Origin: Chlorokybus atmophyticus
Taxonomy: Eukaryota; Plantae; Mesostigma and Chlorokybus algae
Assembly: GCA_009103225.1 (NCBI GenBank)
Contig: RHPI01001965.1
Location: 263,114-327,113 of the forward strand
Reading direction: 5' to 3'
DNA length: 64,000 nucleotides
The first letter of the stretch is position 1, and each line of letters opens with the position of its first letter. The notes beneath the pieces are model-generated. The model was not told the origin of the DNA and searched no databases. It saw only the letters and a list, made by a program, of their open reading frames with translations. The translations under genes and the position numbers were made by a program. This document shows positions 25,549-37,472 of this stretch, in pieces.

Positions 25549-26505
25549 TTAATACACCCCAGCAGAGCGCGACGTCCAGAATATGAGCCCGCTGCATGAA
25601 GAGTTGGAGTGAGCCGCATGCAGAGCTTGAAGTCAACAATGTAATGTGTACGCATCGCATATTACCTGCATAAGACTAGTGTACAGTGGATGAGGACGGC
25701 GACGCCCGGCCAGTGGTTGACGTCCGGGTGGACAGCGTACCCGGCAACCAGCACCCAAACCCCAAACCCGAGCGATCCCAAAGACACCAGGTACGAAAGG
25801 AACAAGAAGAATCTCAACCTGGTGGGGGACAATGGATGAATCAGTTGCTGCTTGTGCTTGTATACTCTGGGTGAATCAGAGTTGTGAGATGAATGGGGAA
25901 CGGGACTTGCCTGCATCCTTCTCCGTCATCCATGGAGGAGTATTCCATGACGTCCTCCTTGCGCACGCAGTTGAACATCAGCAGCGCGACCGTCGCGATG
26001 ATGCCTGCTCATAACCAGACAAGGGAGACATGTACAAGTGAGCTGGGGAGTCGGAATAAACACGAGTGCGACGACCAATGATGCACTGCGCGTGAGGCAA
26101 ATAATGCTGCACTGATGTGAGGTACACGTGGGCACTGCATGCATTGCAGTCTCGATGATAGGATTGTTGGGTGCAAGTGTGGTTGCAAGAGAACTCTACT
26201 GCTGCTAGTATTGCTGGACATGCTGATCACACCGTACTGTAGAGTAGACCAGTGTCAGAGCAAGCAGTAATTGCGAGACTCAGATAGACGCACACACAGA
26301 CCGACAGACGGGGATGCCGCATGATGCGAGCGTGAGTCCCTGCACCTGGCAGGTAGTGTAGGAACGGTACTGTTCTGTCGTTGCATAGCACTGCGTCCAG
26401 CCATATCCACCACCCCGCCCCGCACACCGCACCCGCAAGACCAGGACCGTATCGGCGATACCCGTCCACCACACTCGAAGGCCAACGCACGCCACCGAAA
26501 CCCAT
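25549..26505 (-). CDS. TMEM50: Transmembrane protein 50 / Vps68 (UPF0220) homolog, 4 exons
   Basis: Exons 26505-26346, 26004-25911, 25818-~25667 and ~25591-25549 give GPGLAGAVCGAGWWIWLDAV...LPGIIATVALLMFNCVRKED...CRLRFFLFLSYLVS...SGLIFWTSRS. One intron has a GC donor. Confidence 0.9.
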
Positions 26506-26876
26506 CACAGAAACGTCTTCACGCGGGGCGCCAACCACCACCGTCCGCTCCTCGTCCTCGTCCTCCTCCGCCACCCTCAGCGCATGCTTGCAGTCTTGGC
26601 CGCTGCGCGTCGTGCGTATAGTCGCGTGACGATTGCGCGCGTCGTCGGATGAGCAGCGCATCGGACGGTGAGTGGTCCCGCCCAGCCGCCTGCTTTCAGG
26701 TCGGGCGCGCGCAGCGGACCAGGAGGAGGAGGACGAGGAGGAGACGGCGGCGGATGTCAGAGACTAGTGGCGCGTAGTGTAGCGAAAAGTCGAAAGGGGG
26801 CTGCATGTATGTAGCGGGCGCAGTGCTGCTGGGGAGGTAGCGCATCGGCGGCGGCCGCAGCAATCAGCCAGCAGCC
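26506..26876. promoter_or_regulatory. Compact CpG-rich bidirectional promoter/5'UTR region between divergent TMEM50 and SMU1
   Basis: The start codons lie 371 bp apart in head-to-head orientation, and the interval is CpG-dense. Confidence 0.6.
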
Positions 26877-29596
26877 ATGGCGCTGGAGATAGAAGCCCGA
26901 GAGTAAGCACACCACATTGTTTCGTTTCACCTTTGTTATCACAGATTCATGGTGATGCCTTGATTGGCTGTCGCTCGGTGGTCGTGCTGTTGGCAACAAG
27001 GCATCACCATGAATCTGTGATAACGAAGGTGTCCTTGAAACTCTATATCTTGGTCTGTGTTGATACGCAACTACACAAGAGCAACGTGCTCATCACATGG
27101 CATGCTAGCCAGCTCTCAAGTGGGGAGTGCAGAGTCATTCAGCTTGCGTGAAATACTCTCATCCACATTATGCTGGTGGGCCGCATAGCTCCACATGCCT
27201 GTTGACGAGGACATGCGTGCATGACCGCATCTGTGCATGCGTAACCGTATCTGTGTGAGAGCATACACACACGCATGCGCGCGCACGCGCGAGTGTGCGT
27301 ATCCGTCACAGGCATGTTCCCCCTGCCCCCGCCACACCCCCAACCCCCAACACCCTCGCACCTGTCCCGCAGCGTGATCAAGGTGATCCTCCAGTTCTGC
27401 AAGGAGAACTCCCTCCTCTCGACCCTCTCCGCCCTGCAATCCGAGTGCCAGGTCTCCCTCAACACCGTCGACACCTCCGTGGACTCCTTCTCCTCCGACA
27501 TCTCTTCCGGTCGCTGGGACGCCGTCCTCCCCCAGCTCGCGCACCTCTCACTCCCCAGAAACAAGCTGGAGGACCTGTACGAGCAGATCGTGCTGGAGAT
27601 GGTGGAGATGAGGGAGCTGGAGACCGCAAGGAGCCTGCTGAGGCAGACCAAGGCGATGCAGGGGATGAAGATGGAGGAACCGGAGAGGTTCCTCAGGATG
27701 GAACACATGATCGCGAGGCCGTACTTTGACGCCAGAGAGGTGCGGGGCGTGGGGGGGGGGGGTGTGTTGGGGGTGGGATGGACAGTGCTTGAAGTGGTGA
27801 TGCGAATGTGCAGGCGTATCCGGAGTCGAGCAAGGAGAAGCGCAGGGCGCAGCTTGCTGCAAGTGAGTGAGTTGCAGCAACAACATGTTCTCCCCGCATC
27901 GTCTCCTCACGAGTCTGTGTCAACAGGTCTGTCGAGTGAGGTGACTGTGGTGCCTCCCTCGCGTCTTATGGCGCTGATCGGGCAGGCACTCAAGTGGCAG
28001 CAGCACCAAGGTGAGTGTGTCATCACATCCAGACACTAATCCATGTGTTGTCATCGACACTGTGGAGCGCAGGTTTGCTGCCGCCGGGCACGCAGTTTGA
28101 TCTGTTCCGAGGCACCGCGCCGGTCAGAACGGACGAGGAGGAGACCTTCCCCACGCAGCTCATGCACACAATCAAAGTGAGTGTGAGAATCTTGTGCGCA
28201 TAGTGCATGCCACGACGCGTGGACGCGCGTGCTGTTGCTCATGCGTACATCATCACTCGTGCAGTACGGCAAGAAGAGCCATCCAGAGTGCGCGCGCTTC
28301 TCGCCGGACGGACAATTCCTGGTGTCGGGCTCCGTGGATGGGTTCATCGAGGTGCGGTTGACGTTGCTGTGTCCCTCGTATAGCAATGGATTGTCTTGTT
28401 CTTGTGGCACTCGATCTCTACACTGTGCGCTGCAGGTGTGGGACTACATGAGCGGGAAGCTGAAGAAGGACCTGCAGTACCAGGCCGACGTGAGTGTGTG
28501 GGGTGACACAACAAGTACACCACGTTCGGCTGCGTTGCAATGCTCAACCCCATGCTCGTTCATTTGTCCGATGGCCAGGATGCGTTCATGATGCACGACG
28601 ATTCGGTGCTCTGCCTGGACTTCAGCCGCGACAGCGAGATGCTGGCTTCAGGCTCGCAAGACGGCAAGATCAAGGTGTGTGTGAACTTGGTCATCCACCC
28701 CATCGGATGACTAGTAGAGAAGCATCTGATGAGTGTCTCTCTCTCTCTCTCTTCCAGGTGTGGAAGGTCCGCACGGGTCAGTGCCTGCGTCGCTTCGACA
28801 AGTCCCACACCCAGGGCGTCACCTCCGTGCGCTTCTCCCGCGACGGCAGTCAGGTCCTTTCCGCCTCTTTCGACCACACCGCGCGCGTCCACGGGCTCAA
28901 GTCGGGCAAGATGCTCAAGGAGTTCCGCGGACACGCGTCGTACGTCAACGACGCGTGCTACAGCGGGGACGCCACGAGGGTGATCACGGGGTCGAGTGAC
29001 GGGACGGTCAAGGTGTGGGACGCCAAGACGGCGGATTGTCTCAATACGTTCAGGCCGCCGCAACCGGTGGGACAGGTGCGAGACGGGGCCACGCACGCAC
29101 GCACGCATCAAGTTGAATGCTACGCATGTTGGAAGCCAACACATTTCATCGTGATGTGCAGGGTGGTGTCGGGGAGGTTGCCGTGACTTGCGTGCAGGTG
29201 TTCCCCAAGAACCCCGACCACATCCTGGTGTGCGTGCGCGCTCCCACGGTTTTCGTGATGACGATGCAGGGGCAGGTCGTCAAGTCGTACTCGTCCGGGA
29301 AACGCGAGGGAGGGGACTTTGTCGCGGCCACGCTGTCGCCGAGAGGAGACTGGATATACACCGCGGGAGCAGACAGGTGCGCGCGTGCGTGCGTGTGTGC
29401 GTGTGTGTCTGCGGTTTATGTGATCGTCTGTCTGTTTGTGTGCAGCACGTTGTATTGCTTCAGCGTGCAGTCGGGGAAGCTCGAGCACATCATGAAGGTG
29501 CACGAGAAGGAGGTGATCGGCGTCGCGCACCACCCGCACAGAAACCTCATCGCGACGCACAGCGACGAGGGCACGATGAAGCTCTGGAAACCCTAG
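26877..29596 (+). CDS. SMU1: SMU1 spliceosomal LisH/CTLH-WD40 protein, multi-exon
   Basis: Exon 1 MALEIEAR(D) splices to [14 protein letters not shown]...[10 protein letters not shown]...[33 protein letters not shown]. Then [23 protein letters not shown]40 repeats ([25 protein letters not shown]) and the end HPHRNLIAT...LWKP*. Confidence 0.97.
26919..27041 (+). ncRNA. Candidate intronic pre-miRNA-like fold-back in SMU1 intron 1
   Basis: 26928-26962 is the reverse complement of 26997-27031 over 35 bp with one T/C difference (a G:U pair in RNA). The loop is 34 nt, with extra outer pairing gtttc/gaaac. Confidence 0.5.
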
Positions 29597-30161
29597 CGTA
29601 ACCTCATTAGCTGCTAGTCCTCGCTGTGTTGTTTGTATCTTCAACACTAAGTTGCTGGGGCAAGTCATCAGCTGATGACTGCGGTATTCATGTTGACTTG
29701 GTGCTTTACTTACTGCGATGGATTGGTTGTGCGCACTTACGACCCAGGGTTCCATTGTATGTGGCCGCGTATCAAGCTTTGAAAACGCGCACACCGCTTC
29801 TGTCCTTCCTGATGACATGCTCAACCCGTAGTACTGTTTGGCGTGCACGCACGTCTGATGCTGTCATAAGCTACGCTGTGAACATTACCGTAGTGGTGAT
29901 GATGTGGGAAACCCATGTACAGTGTACAGTTGATGCCGCGCACGCACGCTGAGTTGAGCAGCAGACTCGACACCGTCGACCCGCAAGACTCGGGTAACCT
30001 ATGTGACGGCTTGGCTTGGCGATAACCACTGGCACACTTCATTGTTGATACTACAGCCAACACTAACTACTGGACTTGAGCTGAGCACTTCATGGCTCCT
30101 TTACCCCAAGTAGGCCTATAGCAAGTGCGTTGATTGCGCATATGCTTGTGAGACCAAGCGC

Positions 30162-30467
30162 ATGCATATGTGGAGGAGGGGTGCGGCGGCGGCGGCGGTG
30201 GCGGCGCGAGTGAGGCCGATGTCGTCGTCGCTGCAGAGCACCGCCCTGGCCTCCCTGCCGGAACCGCCTGTTGAGCCCGGCCCCGAGGACTGCTGCCAGT
30301 CCGGCTGCGTGCGGTGCGTGTGGGACATCTACTACGACAAACTCGCCGACTGGGAGGAGGCCAGGGACGCCGCCGTCGCTGCAGCCAAGAATGCCGCAAT
30401 GAAGGCCAACGACAAGGAGGCGGGAGAGGCGGAAGACGCCGCACGGCCTGGCAAACAAGCGCCCTGA
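30162..30467 (+). CDS. OXLD1: Oxidoreductase-like domain-containing protein (Oxidored-like family), probably organelle-targeted
   Basis: EPPVEPGPEDCCQSGCVRCVWDIYYDKLADW is the hallmark motif of this family. The N-terminus is Arg/Ala/Ser-rich, like a targeting peptide. Confidence 0.85.
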   Translation: MHMWRRGAAAAAVAARVRPMSSSLQSTALASLPEPPVEPGPEDCCQSGCVRCVWDIYYDKLADWEEARDAAVAAAKNAAMKANDKEAGEAEDAARPGKQAP

Positions 30468-30903
30468 CTGCTGTGTGGCATGATGGTGCAGTCACAGCTG
30501 GCTGGTAGCCCTGCGCCCTGTTTGATCTCAAGCTGGTGCGGATTGGCTGCCAGCTGCATGCATGCATCAGCGTCGAGCTCCTGCCCAACAGACAAGCAAG
30601 AGAGACAAGGTGCCATCTTGAGTCTGTGTCAGAAGCTTTACCGCGTTATCACGGTGGTCGTCATCGTTGCAACCTCCTCCTACTTCTTGCTGCTTTCTTC
30701 TTCTTCTTCTTCTTCTTCTTCTTCTTCTTCAGCTTGCCCTGGCTCTTGCCAACAGTGCGTGTTTTGATGTTTTGCTGTGCAGCAGGCATGTTTCAGGGAT
30801 TGACCAGCAACCATAAGCTCGTCCACTGTGAAGGCGTGCGAAGCCATACAAAGGATCACATCTTGTTCTCTGACCATCATCAATTTGTCATCACCGTGTG
30901 CGT

Positions 30904-31345
30904 CCTGCCCCCTCCCACGTGAGTGCATGAGCCAACACCACTGAACCACTGGAGGTGGAGCGCGCTTGACACAAGCAGGTGATGTGCGTGTGCCTGCATG
31001 CGCGTGGATGGCGTGTCCACGTATGCCCGCAGGGAGGGCTGGCTGCTGATCCCCAAGCCAAGGAACAGGTGCTGCTACCGACCAAATGGAGCCAAGGCGG
31101 ATGCCCTTGTCGATTTGATCACATCTCCTTCAGGTCCTGTATCAGTCTGAAGCTGGACCGCCAGTGAAGTGGGACTCTCGTCCCTCAATCCTCCAGTGAG
31201 CACGTCACGCATGATTACGCGGACTCGTAGAGAGTGGTTTTGTTGATCAGGCTGTGCAGCAGCTACATCAACATTCCTGACTGCGCCAGTTGGTTCAAAG
31301 CAGTTAGGGCATTTTGTTTTGTTCGCTTACGAGCTGAGTGTCAGC
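30904..31345 (+). repeat. 442-bp segment duplicated at 37031-37472
   Basis: No differences seen by eye between the copies (offset 6127). The second copy ends exactly at the single N at 37473. Confidence 0.9.
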
Positions 31346-31776
31346 ATGTTTCCCACTTTTCATCAGAGCTTATAGCGACCTACCTAAGTCCTGGAGGTCT
31401 TGCGGCACAGGCACTCATTGTCAACAACCAAGCACAAATGAGTACAGCAAGAGAATTCAGCGATTTACACAACCTCATCACGTCACCTCCGCAATGCTAC
31501 ATCTGACACAGGCCCGCCGTGCACCTTTTGTACAGTGATGGGTTTTTCGCAGACATGTGTACCGAAGTACTAGTCGAACACTCTTTCAGCGCACACATGT
31601 TGGTCTGCAACGAAGAAATCTGCTGACAAACGTCCATGTTGTGTTGAAGGATCACGCGTATTATATCTGCTAGCATGGCCCAGCCGCAACGACCATGCTT
31701 ACATACCATGCATGATATGAGCTAGATGCTCGACCGCACTGCACGCAATAGCAATTTACCAAAGCAAAGATTAAGT

Positions 31777-34700
31777 TCAGATTTGCGTCCTTGCTTTCTT
31801 TGTGCGTGTCTCTACCCTAGCAGCAGGTGCGCTACCATCGCCGTGAATTGCAGCCTCATCGGTTGTCCCAAATGCCACAGCTTCAGACAGTTGGAAACTG
31901 ATGCACAGCATCAGCTGCAAAGAACAGACCAGTCAGGCTATCGAGTAACAAGGGTATGTATGTGTAACGGGTAATCATAACGCCTCGTCCTGCAATGTCG
32001 TACCTTGTTGGGTGCAACATCACGCACTTCAACAACAGTTGGGCTGTCAATGCGTCCGCCCAAGCGTTGCTCCATTCTCTGCGCCAGGTGGCTGTCAAGT
32101 CCTACGCTGCACGCATGCACATACTCGTGCGGGCACACGCACATGAACAAGCTTTTCAAAGTTGCAACCCACCTGGATGACGTCAGCCTCGGACTCAACT
32201 GCCTTCATGAAACAGTAGCAGTGTATATGCGGCAGCCGTCCTTGCCACAGCGCACGGGAAAACGCTCCCTTGAACACATCTGCAGCAGGGAGTTCATACA
32301 TGCGCATGCACACGCAAAGACTGAGCAAGACTCCGACAACAGCCATGATGCATACACAACACGACGCACCTAGGAAGTCGATTGCAGATGCTGGGAGGTT
32401 CATCACAACATGCTGAAACTCCACGGGACCACTGGGGGTGGTATCGGTGGCCTCAGATGAGGCATCAGCCCCGTTGGCTTGCGGTGACTGCAGCAGGTGG
32501 CGCACAAACGCCCTGGCGTCCATGTTGAAGGCGTGGACACGGGTGGCCACCTGCAATGTAACAAATTACATGTTAGCGTGTCTCTCAACTCTGCGCATTG
32601 CATTGCTACTCACGCGGTTGCGCGTGGCGTTGATGCGCAGGTAGTGGACGCTGGCGGGGTTCAGGTCGTTGGCATACACGGTGCATCCCTGCTGTGCGGC
32701 TGGTATGGCAAACGGTCCAATGCCGGCAAACATGTCACCTAGTGGAAGAGAACCTTTTCAGCCAGCCTGCACTACGCTTTGGGAGGAGGCCATCTACCCA
32801 ACGACTAACGGCGTACTTACACACGACATCATCCTTCTGGAACTGCGACACCAAGCGCTTGTGTTCATACTCCAAACGCGAGTTCCAGTACACCTGACAC
32901 AACGTTGAGCGCAACTTGCGCGGCAGCGCTGAGACACTGTACTTGTGCTTTCCAACAAAGCACGGCACAATGTTCCGCAAGCTGAGGAGAACAGGGCAGG
33001 TAAACACTCTCGACAATGACAGTGTACCTCTCCATAGTCAAGTTTGAAGACCGCACCATGCTGCTTCTGCGAGAGCAATGACAACACACATATTGTGGGT
33101 GGCATGTCACGCATGCCCTTGCATGGCACAATCCACTGTGCCAGAGACTAACCACTTCTGTTTGCAGACTGGGCTCACCGGCCAGAACCTCAAACTGAGG
33201 TACTCGATATTCATTGGTGATTGTTCCAACCTGTGCACAAGTATCACAATCAGATAACCAGCAGTCCCCGCACACGCATAGCAACGTACTGTCATACTGC
33301 CTAACCAGCCAAGGCCAATGGTACCTTGTTGACGATGGTTCTCAGCCTTGGAGCATTCTTCTGCAAAGGATCAACGTTGCTTGCATGAGTGGGCTGGCGT
33401 AATGATGTTGCGCGCACGTTGTCGCAATACAAGCCAGAGCAACCTACCTACCTCCAAGATGACATCTGCAATCAGCTGCTTGTGTGGTAGGAGCTCGTCA
33501 CGCAAGTTTAAGTGCGCAATGTGCCCTGCAGTGATTGCCAAATGTCCGCTCATCCGCGCACACAACCAACCACATGGCATAAGGTGCTTCGGACAAGGTG
33601 TAAACAGAGCCCACTCACCAACTGTCTCAAACGAGGATGGCACTTCCAAGCCCGCTGGAAGAAGGGCCTTTAGCACCTGATCTGCAGCACGCACCAAGCG
33701 ATCACCACCAACATGTCCATAACAGCAGGTTGGCAACATTCACACTCATCAGGACTGCACTGAACACCTGCGCTAAAATAGGAATAATCCAGCTGAACGG
33801 TGTATCGGGCGGGGCGCACGCCCTCTTCAACCAGCCGATCTCGCAGCTCAAATGGCAAGTCATCAAAGCCTGAAACATCCAATATCTTGTTGAAGATCAC
33901 AGAATGCCAAAAAAGCAAGCCGCCATGACGGTAGCTACTGTGCGGTCACTCACTGTCATCGATCAGGTCTTCTCGTAGCAGGATGAGGCGCTCTGTATCG
34001 TTGTCCGCTGCGTGCATGACAGTGCGCACGCGTGGCCTGTCAAACGTGTACCTGTTCACATGCGTCACAGTCATCAGCGAGCATGTCATGAGTGATAATC
34101 AACAATCAGGAGAACGGTAGCAGACCGCAGCTATCTTGTGGCTTCAGCAGTATGACTCGTTTTTGTTGCAAATCCAAATCTCACTCAATGCTAAATGCAA
34201 TTATAGATCACAACGTGGAAGCATGATCAGCAGCTAATGCTTAAGAGCGGCTACTAGCTCGCGGCTGTCACTCTTGGTTAACCTTTTTTACGCAGCCAAA
34301 CCGCGCAACAATGTGCATTGCGTTTCGACCCGTAAACACGCGCCCCTGCATGCACAGCTCAACTGACATTCGAAGACCAGTATGCCAGAACCACCATTTG
34401 TTGCTGATTGTTCAACAGACGCTGTGTGGTTAAGCTCAAATGCGCCTCAGCATGTGAAACGTAATACATTTGCTTTTCGCGTTCACCACTGACCCCCTGA
34501 GCAGCTTCACGTATTCCTGAGTGCGTCGGGCGGGCACCCGGGCGGCCAGCAGCTCCAGCGTCTGCTTGAACCGCTCCTTGTCAACACCAGGAACTGTAGG
34601 AGGTGCAGAGATTGTCTCTGCACCTCCAACTCCTCCTGCTTCCATGGTCAGCAGCGCCCGCCTGCACCAAGGACTACCAATCGTCCTGCGGCATGGCGGC

Positions 34701-34795
34701 GGTCGAGACGGCAGGCGGGCAAATGATTTCGAGGAGGAGAAGCAGGCTGCCCTGAGAACCGACAGAGCGCGGGAGGGTGCTGCTCCTGCATGCAT
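31777..34795 (-). CDS. TRM5: tRNA (guanine(37)-N1)-methyltransferase TRM5, multi-exon, possible N-terminal organellar targeting extension
   Basis: Contains [88 protein letters not shown] and VRDVAPNK. Start taken at the first in-frame ATG of ORF 34436-34795; a downstream ATG (MEAGG) is an alternative. Confidence 0.93.
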
Positions 34796-37030
34796 GCGGG
34801 GGCGGCGGCGGCGGTGTTGCTGTCAATGACGAGCACTCTGCTTGCTGCTGGTTGTGTGCTTATCTGAAGGGTTGTGCCGCATTGAGGGTCCTGTACATAC
34901 GCATAACACTGTAGGTCCCATGCAGATGGCAATATCATTGCTTGCCCCAACCTCAGCTGATGTAAAATTGAGGCTTGCACAATCACTTTAATTATGTTAT
35001 GAGGCGCTACACTTTACCGACTTGAGCAATAGCTGATAATAGTTCAAGCTCAACACAACGAGTGTTACCTTATTGCAATATGCAATTCAATAATGCTCAA
35101 TTCACATTAAACTTTTTCTACACAAACTCGAAGTATGTTTTTATATGCTATTATTCAAGTCATATTTGTTGCTTCAATCGCGTAATATTATAATTATTAT
35201 TATTATAATTATTTTGTTTTTGGCAAAATGAGCATAAAATAAAGATATTGCGTATACGTCAGTTGTTAATTGTAGACATGGGTTTATAATTGCACTGGAC
35301 TTAACCGGTTGCATATATTCAATGCGCATGCAAGTTTTTACTTTAACCGTATATGTAGCTGTGCGTACAATTGTAATATCGTATGGATATACCTGCAACC
35401 GTTGCAGATACATTACACGGTGTGCAGTCATCGCACGCTTATTCTCAAGCATCCATATGGTCGATCAATTCAGTCGAAAACGTCAATCCATGCTTGCCCA
35501 AACGAGCCAAGATGGCGGCTTCACGCTGCACCTGCACATTCACGCAAAACGATTTGCTTGTACCTGTCGTGCTATCATGGCATCATTATTTGCAGAAGCT
35601 TTTCATGCTTTGCTAAATGGTGCACATGTGTTCACGGTTATGGGTCAAGATGGAGGCGTGTTGCTGCTTTAAGATCATCCGGCCGTATGTCAGTTTTCAA
35701 AACATACATACCGATAGCTGATACCACCTGTACTTGCGTGCCAGCTGTGAGTTTGGACAACGCACACCGCTCCATAAACGCAAGGCTTGCTCGATCGCGC
35801 CACAACTTGAAACGCATATCGCTGCATGCCTAAACGCACAGATACGATCTCATGATCGCATGCAAACTTGCGGCACGTAGATGGAAGAGTGGCCTTGTAA
35901 CTATACTTTTACAGTAATTAATACTACTGTAACGATCATTGTTTTGAAACCATTCATGTTAAGCAAACCTGCAACAATGTCATTGCATTATTCAAATATA
36001 AAACGCGTCGAGGAGGAAGCTGCTACATGCACTTACCCCGATGCATACATGTTGAAGTGTCGTGCTGTATTTGAAGCGGTCATTGGGAGGCAGCTCAGGT
36101 TGCACAGGACGTAAAAGGTTGGGCGTGAAGCTTGGCTTCAGTTACAATAACAGCTGAGGGGGCTTGATGTCCATTGCGCTGCTGCTTGCTGGTTGCTGGA
36201 GCACGCGTGCTTCAGTAAGCCTTGCGGGCGCGCCCTCTCCCCATGAAACTCAAATACGTCTTTTAGCCTGTTGTGATTACAGGCATGGCACCCTTCACCC
36301 CAAACCCTCCAGTCGACGCCCTTATTATCATTATTACGTTTGGAAACAAGATAAGGTGTTAATTCTTTATGCAACCTTGTGTTTTTTTTTATGGGCACAA
36401 GTGTTCAACAACTGTATCTGCGCAACACATCCAAACTGTTCATTGTGCACTTTTGTGTGAGTATTTTGTCGAAGGCAACAGAGGTGTTTAACGTCTTTGC
36501 CCAATGCAAACAGACTTGCATTGTACCGTACAAACCAACATACGCGATTTAATGTATATATTGTCATGGCTTTATGTTGCATAAAGGTGTTACTATTTTG
36601 CATGAAGTCACATGTCATTCAGATCTTTGCATTTGTTCAACCGTTGGCACAATGTGGCATGCATAATCAACAACTGCCTGCTGCTTAAACCTATTTCTTT
36701 TGTCAATGAGACGCCTGCACATGCCATCACTTATTGTGTCGCCGAGCATACCAAATGATTGTTAGGCCATGTGAGCAAATGCGCTCAGATGTTGTTTCTC
36801 GCACAACTCATGTATATACAAGCCCCCCGTAAAGGGCCGATATAACATCAATTGTCGTGTCTATTGATACGTTCTGTAATCATTGTATGGTACATAAAAT
36901 ATATACACTAGTAAAAAAACAGTGCTTAAGTATTAATTACAAGTACAGTACTATTCGAGATGCGCGTTTATGGTACGAGGCTATACTCCTAATTATTACG
37001 CGACATAAAAGACCGCGAATTGTCCCCCCC

Positions 37031-37472
37031 CCTGCCCCCTCCCACGTGAGTGCATGAGCCAACACCACTGAACCACTGGAGGTGGAGCGCGCTTGACACA
37101 AGCAGGTGATGTGCGTGTGCCTGCATGCGCGTGGATGGCGTGTCCACGTATGCCCGCAGGGAGGGCTGGCTGCTGATCCCCAAGCCAAGGAACAGGTGCT
37201 GCTACCGACCAAATGGAGCCAAGGCGGATGCCCTTGTCGATTTGATCACATCTCCTTCAGGTCCTGTATCAGTCTGAAGCTGGACCGCCAGTGAAGTGGG
37301 ACTCTCGTCCCTCAATCCTCCAGTGAGCACGTCACGCATGATTACGCGGACTCGTAGAGAGTGGTTTTGTTGATCAGGCTGTGCAGCAGCTACATCAACA
37401 TTCCTGACTGCGCCAGTTGGTTCAAAGCAGTTAGGGCATTTTGTTTTGTTCGCTTACGAGCTGAGTGTCAGC
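37031..37472 (+). repeat. Second copy of the 30904-31345 segment, abutting an N
   Basis: Matches the first copy; terminates at the N at 37473. Confidence 0.85.
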
